DNA of 64,000 nt, taken from Octopus sinensis (lineage: Eukaryota). Positions 53,641 through 64,000 of this stretch are shown here, one piece after another (the first letter of the stretch is position 1; the number at the start of each line of letters is the position of its first letter). The translations under genes and the position numbers were made by a program. The stretch is from contig NC_043003.1 of NCBI RefSeq assembly GCF_006345805.1, forward strand, positions 32,178,001 to 32,242,000, written 5' to 3'. Under the pieces are notes generated by a model. It made no database searches. It saw only the letters and a program-made list of their open reading frames with translations, and was not told the origin of the DNA.

Positions 53641-55767
53641 GTGTTTTATATGTAGTTTTGTCCGCAGATTTCAAAAATGTAACCGGTTTCCTTCTATCAG
53701 GTACAGTTTTTCTGATGAGTTAAGAGAGGTATATAACTCCCATCAGCAGTATCACTACACGTAAACGTCTTATACAGGTAAATTCTGACTTCTGATTTAT
53801 AATTATTTGTATTCATCTTGTAATTTTATATTTTCATAATCATATCGTTTCATAAAGTTTAGTTTCTATTTAAGGTGCCTAGTCATCCTCATCATAAAAT
53901 TCTTCTCAGGATGTCAAAGCATTGCAAGAACAGTCCTGATATATTTTGTTATGTCTGTGATTCATTTACCACCAAAGCTCAGCAACGTGCCTTCACAAGT
54001 GAAATCAAGAAGATCTACCAGTTATACTTTGGGCTCTCTCGGGGATCAAGATAGGAGTTGGGACACGCACATCATCTGCTCAGCTTGTTCAAATGGACTA
54101 AGAGATTGGCTAAATAATAGGAAGAGAGCAATGCCGTTTGCAATATCTATGATATGGAGAGAGCCAAAGGATCATTTCATGAACTGTCATTTCTGCAACG
54201 TTAATGTATGTGGGTTTACGTTTAAAGACCAAGCATAAGATTGTGTATCCCAACTTGGAATCAGGAAGAAGACAAGTACCATACAGCGATGATGATCTTC
54301 CTATTCCAACACCTCCAGAAAATGGCCTTTAGATGTCTGATGAAGATGTATTTCCTGAAGAAAATACTACTGCTGTGGAAGACACCTAAGTGGATGCAGA
54401 TTTCACAATTGAAAATGAAGACGTACCACAGTAATTTTCTTAAGGAGAGTTAAATGATTTAGTTAGAGACTTGTCATTGTCGAAGGTTAAAGCTGAACTG
54501 TTAGCATATCGCCTACTAGAAAAGTGTCTGCTTAAGAAAGATGTTTTTATTACTCATTTCAGGAAGAGAAATAGGGATCTGACTTAATGCTTCTCAGTCG
54601 ATGGACCGCTTTGTTTCAGTAATAAGACTGATGAGTTATTTCGCTGCTTGTTCCATGTGAATGGCGCTTATTCGTTGATTGATCTAAGAGAAGCCTCATG
54701 GCAGTACTACTATACAACGGCAATAAGAAACGATCCATTCCCATAGGACATTCAGTGCACACGAAGGAGTGTTATAAAAACATGCAAGTACTCCTCAATA
54801 TCATAAAGTATACAAACTACAGTTGGAAAATATGTTGAGACTTGAAGATGATTGGAATGTTGATGGGAATGCAATCTGGGTTCACGAAATATTGTAGCTT
54901 TTTAACCTATGGGATTGTCCTGTAACTAACAAGCCCAATGTGAAATCAGAGTGGCCTTTGCGAAAATCATGAGTCGAGAGTTTCTAGCGTCCAGAGTAAG
55001 CAACTTTTAAACCCAGAAAATGTTCTTCTTCCTCCTGTTCCCATAAAGCTTGGCCTCAAGAAACAATTCGTGAAGACACTTGCCAGGAAAGGCTCAAAGG
55101 TTTTGAATATGTGATGGCCAAATTTCCAAAAATCACCAAGGCAAAACTGAAGGAGGGTGTATTCATAGCTTAAAGCCTGGGAATCCTTCAAATGGCTCTG
55201 TGAAAATTTCCTAGGCAACAAGAGATCTCTATAGTTTAGAATTGGAGTGAAATGTCTTCTAGACCTGCGCTGCAATGGCCTGTCGGATGTTACTAAAAGT
55301 CTATTTCATTGATTCACATGCGGAATTTTTGCAGAGAAACTTGGAGCAGTGTCTGATGAACAAGGGGAACGCTTTCATCAAGATATTGCATCGATGGAAC
55401 AACGATATCAAGGATTTGGGAATGCAGGAATGTTAGCTGACTATACAGAGATGAACCTGAGACAAAACACCATATAAATCCAAAATCCAAAGTTATTAAG
55501 TTGTTATGCATTTGAGAGTATTCTAACTTATTTGTACACAATAATTTTAATTTTGTACAATAAAAAAAAACATGAAATTATCGTATCTTGTATTCAATAT
55601 ACTTTATACAGGCATGCTTTACGTATCCTATAGGTTAAAACAGCAGGTAGCAATAACATGAAAATGTGACCTGATAGAGGAAATCGGACTTCAGATTTGT
55701 AATCAGCATCAAAAAGGAACCTAGAAAAGTCAATCAGCAACTGATGATTAAATAAAGTTGACCAGTG
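53640..55767 (+). pseudogene. Decayed Chapaev3-like (CMC superfamily) DNA transposon
   Basis: MSKHCKNSPDIFCYVC, LGDQDRSWDTHIICSAC, MPFAISMIWREPKDH..CHFC, LNDLVRDLSLSK..AELL and NLGAVSDEQGERFHQDIASMEQRYQG are present. The right end ...GACCAGTG has subterminal sequence matching 53650-53710. Confidence 0.8.
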
Positions 55768-56096
55768 TAATTGTCGGTTAGAAACAGAATTTACCGTAGA
55801 TATAGCATAAAAGCAATAATTTCCTCAAATATAGCAAAAACAACTTCTAGAGATATAACAAAATCAAAAATTGAAGACGGTTTACATAGCCCTGAAATTT
55901 GCTTCAAACGTAACTTTTTATGAAGCAACGTTCTAGATCCAATTTCTGTGCAAACACATTCTACAACTTATTTGAGAAACAACTTTGAGACAAACAGTTG
56001 AAATACAGTGAGGACACAACAATGTTACGCTTACGCCTTATTTCTCTAAACACACACATATATCCTCGTATGTATGTATATATATACGTACAAGTG

Positions 56097-56188
<92 letters not shown>

Positions 56189-56299
56189 TATATTAACGTT
56201 TAAATAATGAGGGAGATAAATTGAATATTAACCTAATTAATATCAATTTGAAACCAGTAGCCTAGCATACAAAAATCTGAAAAATTAGAGAAAATTCTA

Positions 56300-56667
56300 A
56301 TACATGTGTATATTAAAGGCTAAAAACCAGCCATATGTGGACAGCCATATGCTAGAAATAGATCACCTACGATCAAACTACAAAGAAAGAATGTTCTCTA
56401 GAGAAAATTCAACAGACACCAGAACAATAGGCGGGCAAGACAGATGAAAATTATATAAAAATCAAGAATTAATCGCAAACCGGTTTCGTCTATTAACGAA
56501 TACATCACTTACGTAAACCGTAGGACCTGTCTTGCCCCCCTATTGTTCTGGTGTCTGTTGAATTTTCTCTAGAGAACATTCTTTCTTTGTAGTTTGATCG
56601 TAGGTGATCTATTTCTTGCATATGGATGTCCACATAGTGGTTTTTAGCCCTTAATATACACATGTAT
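56300..56667. repeat. About 143-bp inverted repeat with 83-bp spacer
   Basis: Arms 56300-56443 and 56527-56667, including a 78-bp perfectly complementary run; (TA)n tracts lie on both sides. Confidence 0.95.
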
Positions 56668-57160
56668 ATTTATATATATATATATATATATGTGTACATA
56701 CATACATACATACATACATACATACAGACAGACATACATACATGTATACATATATATATATATTTGTGTGTGTGTGAATATATATATGCAAGTATGTATG
56801 TGTATATACGTATACAGGAATAGAAAGTTTGGGTACATGCGTGTGTGAACGATCAACGAGCATTCGTGTAACGTTTGCACAGGGCAATGGTAGTGATATC
56901 AACATTCTCATTTGAAGCAATATCTCAAATTTATATAAAAAAATTAATCTCACCACCATTACAGTGCGCAGACTATATAGCTTCGGGAAATTATTCTGGC
57001 GACTAGAATTTCATAAAGCTGAGATCCTTCATTTCACTGACGTATTCGGTGTGATAAGAAAGAGGAAATACGACCCCTGAGAAAAGTTGAAATTATCTGA
57101 AAGTAATTTCTAGCCACGTGCATATACCACAACCTATGTATTGGTACACACACACACACG

Positions 57161-57287
<127 letters not shown>

Positions 57288-57457
57288 TGTATGTGTGTGC
57301 GAGTGTGTGTCTGTCTGTGTGTGTGTATGTGTGTGCGAGTGTGTGTGTGTGTGTAGATAAGAAACAGAAAATGGAATTCAGCAGATTCTGTTCAAATCCA
57401 TTACAATCGGTTCGATATATCACGCATCCGTAACTTACAGGTAAGGTAATATGTCAG

Positions 57458-57505
57458 GCATCTGTACCTATAACGTCAGTTGTCGAGCATTATAGGTACA
57501 GATGC
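57458..57505. repeat. Perfect 16-bp hairpin with 16-nt loop
   Basis: GCATCTGTACCTATAA / TTATAGGTACAGATGC. Confidence 0.9.
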
Positions 57506-57826
57506 GTGTCTCATCGGAAGTTTTTCAAGTAGTACCGCGTTATTTACTTGCATGTCGCTTATTTCTCTAACAACACATTTTAGTTAGTGTAGCATTACAT
57601 CCGTCTCCATAACGATTATTCTCATACAAGCAATAAAATGCTAAAAATATATAAGACAGTATGCAAACATACACGAATAAGGAACCAGAAGTTAAATCGA
57701 AGTAAAATAAAAATGGTGTACATAGATAATAATACAGTGATAAATAAAAAAATATATATATACGATATCAGAAAAGAACAATAAAATATTTATACAGACC
57801 TTCAGATCTTATCAAAACAAGTTAGT

Positions 57827-57889
<63 letters not shown>

Positions 57890-57962
57890 ATATATGTAAA
57901 TATATACACGCATATCCATACACACATACATATACATACTCATATATATATAACTAGATATA

Positions 57963-58033
<71 letters not shown>

Positions 58034-58239
58034 TTATCTATATCTACTTATACGATGATATATATCAGCCACTAAATTTTATTACATACAAAGAAATGTA
58101 TGCATCACAGACATTGTCTGCCTTGCGCTGAGTTTAATCTAATTATTTAGAGGGAGACAGAACATGAAATCAAGCCTGAAACTTATATAAGGAGACATAC
58201 TTGTAAATAACATAGAGAGGGAGAGAGACACAGAGAGAG

Positions 58240-58330
<91 letters not shown>

Positions 58331-59354
58331 CGGTCAGAATAAACCACGAATAAAAAAAGACTATAAAAAGAAAACACGTACTGAAAATTAGGAACACCAA
58401 AATATGAAGTATAAATATAACCCAGTAGATATTGACACTTCCACATTGTATATTAGCAACAACAAACCCAATAAAGTATATATGGAGTTGGATGTTCTGT
58501 GGTATAATTCTATCTGAAATTGCTAAGAAAACCTTTACTGCATAATATAAATGTTTTTCAAGTTCTAACATATGCCACAGGATTTTTATCTGATAACATA
58601 TGCAAATTCCAGTAATCGATAATAATATATGCATATCATTCATAATATGAAATTAAGACAGAAAATAACTAACAGACATACTGAGAGCAACCTGGGGGGA
58701 TGATCTATCTAATAAGGGCTCTAATAAGAAGCATGTTCCAATAATTACAAGGAAATAATTCTACGAACTAAGCGAAACAGCAAGTAAACAACAAGATACT
58801 TACCTGAAAAGCCACCTGAGGAAACGCATCTTTACCTATAATGCATCACAATTGATTGTACAGAATCTTAGGTGTACGGCAGGGTGAATAATGAGTCGAA
58901 GCGATTGTAGTAGTTTTCAATAAAGTGTCCCATGAATTCAATTTTATTTCTCTTGGATAACATCTGTGGCATGAGGATGGGAGGTTGCTATGCATGGGCG
59001 ACTGCTGGTCTTCCATAAACAACTTTGCCCGGAACTCGGAAGTGAGATTTCTAGGTGCAATCCCTTTCTCATTCATAACAGAAGGATGTGTTTACTCTTT
59101 ATGAGCTAAAACTCTGTAATTCTGTAGTTAACACACTTAAATAAAAACATATACACTAACAGGAACCATACTCGTTGGAAAAGTGCCGATCGATAACGCT
59201 TAATACTGACGCATCAGATTCGGCAATTTCCGTCGCCTCATCATTTTTTAGCCAGCTCGCCTTCTGGCTTTTTCCGGTTCACTTCGTCATTAGTTTTTAT
59301 GTTTTCCTCATCCAAATAATTGGACGATTTAGCGATTCGCTAATGTGTATATAT

Positions 59355-59491
59355 AATTTTTAAAGAGGACAACAAACATTAAGGCGAGGCAAACCTCTCG
59401 AGTCGTATAAACATTATGTTTTCCCAATAATAATATTGGATACGACTTGAGATGTTTGCCTTGCCTTAATGTTTGTTGTCCTCTTTAAAAT

Positions 59492-59492
<1 letters not shown>
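59355..59492. repeat. T-shaped palindrome: 54-bp stem with two mini-hairpin ears
   Basis: Arms 59355-59408 and 59440-59492; ears AAACA-TTA-TGTTT (59409-59421) and CCAATA-ATAA-TATTGG (59424-59439). Confidence 0.9.
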
Positions 59493-59566
<74 letters not shown>

Positions 59567-59569
59567 ATA

Positions 59570-59760
59570 TATAGGGAGAGTTTACGAAAAACAAAAGACC
59601 AAGACAGGTGGTGTACAAAACAAACAGATGTATTAGTATAACGCTCAGGAATAGAAAAAGTCTTTTACGTTTCGAGCCTACGCTCTTTTACAAAAAGGGA
59701 CACAGAAAAAACAAGGAGAGAAAAAAATGTGCGTAGTGGCAACGATCTATCATGGTGACT
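59570..59760 (-). repeat. Interspersed repeat family P, with degenerate hammerhead-like core at 59662-59697
   Basis: Reverse strand reads CUUU-UUGUAAA-A-GAGC(GUAG)GCUC-GAAAC-GUA-AAAG; shares ACGCTCAGGA with the 23330-23560 copy. Confidence 0.55.
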
Positions 59761-59774
59761 ATATATATATATAT

Positions 59775-59896
<122 letters not shown>

Positions 59897-59897
59897 T

Positions 59898-59961
<64 letters not shown>

Positions 59962-60264
59962 GGAGAGTAGAGGAGAGAGAAACAACTTGTTTTAAATCTC
60001 TGAGCGAGTGATGAACGGTAACAGCACCGGATAGTAATGTTTATATGTCAACAGAATGTGGCAGGCCTATAAAGGACGATAGTACTGTTGTTTTAGCCCA
60101 AGGAAAATATCTTTTCCAGCTGGCTATCAACACACAATTTGTGTATGTATGGCATTTGCAAGAGTTGTTTTTCTCTATACGAGATGAGCAACTCTGTGTC
60201 GCTGAAAAATATATATAGTATTTGCAAGTAGGGAGAGGATTCATCACTAGCTTGTGGTTGCCTG

Positions 60265-60302
60265 ACACTGAGGACGGATATCCTCCAGAAACCCAGGTAT
60301 GT
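60265..60302 (+). ncRNA. Near-intact minimal type I hammerhead motif
   Basis: ACA-CUGAGGA-C-GGA(UAUCC)UCC-A-GAAA-C(CCAG)G-UA-UGU. The core is intact, but stem II closes with a C-A mismatch and stem I is only 3 bp. Confidence 0.5.
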
Positions 60303-60409
60303 AAGTATCACGGAAGGATAGGGATGAGAGCGACGACCATATATATGTATGTATGTATATATGTATATATATTATTATGTCTGGGGAGAGTCATTCTCTT
60401 TTACTGCCT

Positions 60410-62290
60410 TTTACTGACCGGATGTATTTTTCTGCTGCTCTCGTTTAATTGCAGATTTTCCCTTTTGGGAGTACCGTTGTTTTTGAACTGTTATACAAAT
60501 TTTGCAGTCTTCTGCTTCTTTTGGACACATTGCCTGCTTTATCAGGATCGTGTTTTGTGCGAATTCCCCCTATTTAGGGGCGACTTGTTTTCCTTTGTGG
60601 AAAATTTATTTACACAATTTGTACAACGTGGAGGTGGATACCTCCCAATATGTAATTCTATACTACTTCTGGGAGGAATTGTGCGAATAGACGTTGTCCT
60701 CCCTCCCATTTTTCCAAACGGAGGAAGAGAAAATCATGCCAGAGAATGATGAAACCAACCTCCGAAAAATATAAAAGCTTATTGCAGGGAAAAGGAACGA
60801 ATGTGTTGATATAGAACACAAAACGCAAAACAATAGTTTACACGACGCTGTCCTGGCAACAAAAAGGATAGAGATGGCATCTAAGATGCCATGGAAAAGT
60901 GCCTACTACCAATTTGGCATGACATAAAATACGTAAATAGTGGAAGGCGCTTTGGCACAGTCGGCGTAAGATTCGTTTCCGAGGAGGAGGCAAATGAACA
61001 CTCTACAACTCACATAAATTCGGCAGATTTGGTGTTACCACCGACATACCTTGGAAGGCGAACATTGAAAGGATAGGGGAGAGCCCGTTAGATATCGAAG
61101 CAGAACCAGGAGAATAGATTCAGTATCCTTCAGGCCACCAGGCTACACCTGCAAAACTGTTGGAGCTAAGGCCTAAAGCTAATAATCCAGGCGATTCAGG
61201 GGGATTTGGAAGATATACCAAAGCAAATAATACTACCGGACTATACCACACTAGGAGTCATGGTGCAGGAAAGAAGTCCAATGTGCTTTAAATGTGGGCA
61301 AAAGGACCACATAAAAACCACGTTCCCATAGATCCTACAACCAGAAGCACCCCCTCAAGCTAGCAACCTACCACGGTCTGATGACCATAAAGAAACCAAG
61401 GGGGAGCCAACCAGCACCGCATTGAAACAACCCATCAACCCATCACAAACTGATAACCCGAAGGAAGACAGAAAGAAGTCAATCAACACCAGAGTGGAAC
61501 AACCCATCAACCCAACAGAGACTGACAACATGAAGGAAAACAAGAAATCGACCAACACCACGATAAAGCATCCCATATCAAAGGTGTCACAGAAGGAAGC
61601 GGAGAACCCGAAGAGGGTCACCCCAAAGGAACCACCACCAACCTTGTTTGAGGAGAGCGACGACAGATGGACAAAAGTCATAAATAAACGACAAATGAAA
61701 GGTACCCCCGTCGCAACCTTAACAAATACCACCAAAAACAACTAAAAACCCACATCCACGACATACACAGAGAAACCACAAACAAGGAACCCATCAAGAA
61801 CAAAGACAAACATAAACCCGCAGTCACACCACACACACACCAAACAGAAACATTCTACTCATTTTCCCCAAACAAAGCCACATACAATCCATTCCCACAA
61901 GACATATCACCGCTAGCAACACCGGAAAAAACACCCTCGGTAAGCATACATACAGAAACTCATATGTTACCCCTTATTTAGCGCCTCCACATCCGAACAC
62001 CAGCAAACTCATTGTGGCAGTCATGTTTAAAACCTTCTGAAGAATGTAAGAGAAGGAAAGGCAAGAGTAAGCCTAAAAGAGGTCGGGGTGAAGAACCCAG
62101 ACCGAAACAGTAGAGACCATAAAGAGAGAGGGAAGAATTATAAGTAAGTCGCATGGAGAGAGAAGAAATATTCAATTACAGTAAAAAGAAGAGAGAAAGT
62201 TAAAGACGGACAGAGTGAAAGAATGAAGGGAGAGAATGACGTAGAAAGTTTAAGCAACAGAGGGTGACGTTGACAGGTGGGCGAAAATCT
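60410..62290 (+). mobile_element. Decayed L1/Tx1-like element with ORF1 (gag-like) only
   Basis: EKCLLPIWHDIKYVNSGRRFGTVGVRF...PTYLGRR, a CCHC knuckle remnant CFKCGQKDHIK (about 61285-61318) and a K/T/P-rich tail to the stop at 61745. No endonuclease or RT follows. Boundaries are approximate. Confidence 0.65.
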
Positions 62291-62303
62291 AAAAATACTT
62301 AAA

Positions 62304-62624
62304 GACTCCGCCGGTTACGACGACGAGGGTCCCAGCTGATACGATCAACGGAACAGCTTGCTCGTGAAATTAACGTGCAAATGGCTGAGCATTCCACAGA
62401 CACGTGTACCCTTAACGTAGTTCTCGGGGATAATCAGCGTGACACAGAGAGTGACAAGGCTGACCCTTTGAAATACAAGTACAACTCATTTTTGCCAGCT
62501 GAGTGGACTGGAGCAACGGGAAATAAAGTGTCTTGCTCAAGGACACAACGCGTCGCCGGGAATCGAACTCACAACCTTACGATCATGAGACGAATGCCCT
62601 AACCACTAAACCACGCGCCCTCAC
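62304..62624 (-). mobile_element. tRNA-derived CORE-type SINE, full length
   Basis: Reverse strand: A box GTGGTTTAGTGGTTAGG, B box GAGTTCGATTCCC, CORE-like GTGTCCTTGAGCAAGACACTTT, 3' CCCTCGTCGTCGTAACCGGCGGAGTC. Confidence 0.9.
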
Positions 62625-62926
62625 CTCTAAAAATACTATATGTACTGCGAATATTCAAGAAAAATCAAGAATGGAAATGATTAGCAGAAAAAAAACAAAG
62701 GACGAACAAACGTGGAAACCCTCTTACCAGTCATGTAGACTAGACTACTAGGTCAATTTCGGTGGTTTTTTTAATTTGGAGGCTTTAACTTCTTTGGTAC
62801 TACTCGTCTACTTGCATGAGAGGTATAAAAACCGTCACTGAAATGATGAACCAACGTGAGCTGGAAATTAAGGACCAGAACGTAGGAGTCTGTATGTGTG
62901 TGTGTGTATAAATGAATCTGTGTATA

Positions 62927-63179
62927 CAGTAATCCCTCTCCATATCGCAGCTCATCTATCGTGCACTCAGTACATCGCAGTTCACTTATCACGCACTCAG
63001 TACATCCCGGTTCACCTATCACGCACACAGTAAATCGCGGTTTTTCTGGCTAATATATGTAAATCTATATCGTGGACATCTTAGTATATCCGGGTTTCTA
63101 CGGCCGATAGATATTTATATTTCTTTAGGTTTTAATTATCTCTTTACGTGGTTTTGAAGCGATAGTCGAGGGTTTACTG
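62927..63179. mobile_element. pogo/Tigger-like MITE with TA TSD and internal 30-bp repeats
   Basis: TA-CAGTAATCCCTC ... GAGGGTTTACTG-TA; a 30-bp unit recurs at 62944, 62974, 63004 and 63034. Confidence 0.85.
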
Positions 63180-64000
63180 TATATATATTACACAATTAAC
63201 TCCGTATATACACATAAGTACACATCTATTATATAAGTATACGTATGTAGGTGTGATCGTGTGAATGTGCGCTCATGCATGCGATCGTGTGTGTATGGGA
63301 GAGAGAGAGCGAGAGAGCGCGCGCGTGAGGGATAGGGTGAGAAAAGAGAGAGAAGGAAAGAGAGAAAAATCGTGTATGTGTATATGAATGTATGAGGAAA
63401 TTGATTAAGATCTGCATCACTTAAACGTTTACAATAACATAACTTCGAACATTTGCAACAGCCTTTTTTTTCCCCCTTTAACGACAAAATTATTTACAAG
63501 TGCAGAAATGAATTATTTATAATGCTTTTTCAGCTCATGTTAGCCAGCGGTGTACATTTAATATTAAAACTTCAATTTTCTTAAACACATATAGTTTATA
63601 TATCGTTTCATCTAGAGAATAGTATTATCTATCCAGGTAACCAGTTTCCGCTTGAAATGGTATATAAATCATAGAAAGGCAAACTTTATGAATAACTCAT
63701 GTAATTTTGCATCTTATGATGCATATAAAGCTTTACTGACATTGGTAAACTTTTTTAATTATATATATGTGAGTACATATATGTACGCACATATAGTTTT
63801 AGTTGAATAAACACAAGATATATATATATATACATACCCACACACATATATATTTATATCTGTGTGTGTGCACGTGTGTGTACATTTTTATTCAATATCA
63901 TAACACACATTAAGTGCACTGTGCGGAATTCTGTACCTTTGAGGCTATTGGGTAACTTCTGCCAATTAATAAAGTGATGATGATATTGGTTGTGGTTGTG

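Noticed and set aside
62075-62120. Hairpin GGUC-G-GGGU/ACCC-A-GACC followed by GAAAC-A-GUA
   Set aside because: Upstream core reads CUAAAAGA and stem I does not pair; at best a dead remnant.

Overview
AT-rich, repeat-dominated eukaryotic DNA with no recognisable intact host gene. The very long (TA)n/(TG)n/trinucleotide microsatellites and the tRNA-derived SINE families match what I recall from octopus genomes, so a coleoid cephalopod source is inferred but not proven. The window is a patchwork of several tRNA-headed SINE families, decayed non-LTR retrotransposons (R4/Dong-like, two CR1-like, RTE-like, an L1/Tx1-like ORF1), decayed DNA transposons (three Tc1/mariner types, Chapaev3-like), MITEs and many fold-back inverted repeats. 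Most computed ORFs are microsatellite artefacts. The most notable signal is a fully intact minimal type I hammerhead ribozyme motif at 20529-20571. A near-intact one lies at 60265-60302, and degenerate cores occur in another small repeat family. All have the quasi-palindromic stem III typical of Penelope-like-element hammerheads. Also notable: (TA)n-associated fold-backs, one with a T-shaped double-ear apex, and a decayed protein-coding internal repeat at 37440-38430. All family assignments come from motif recognition by eye; no database searches were run.
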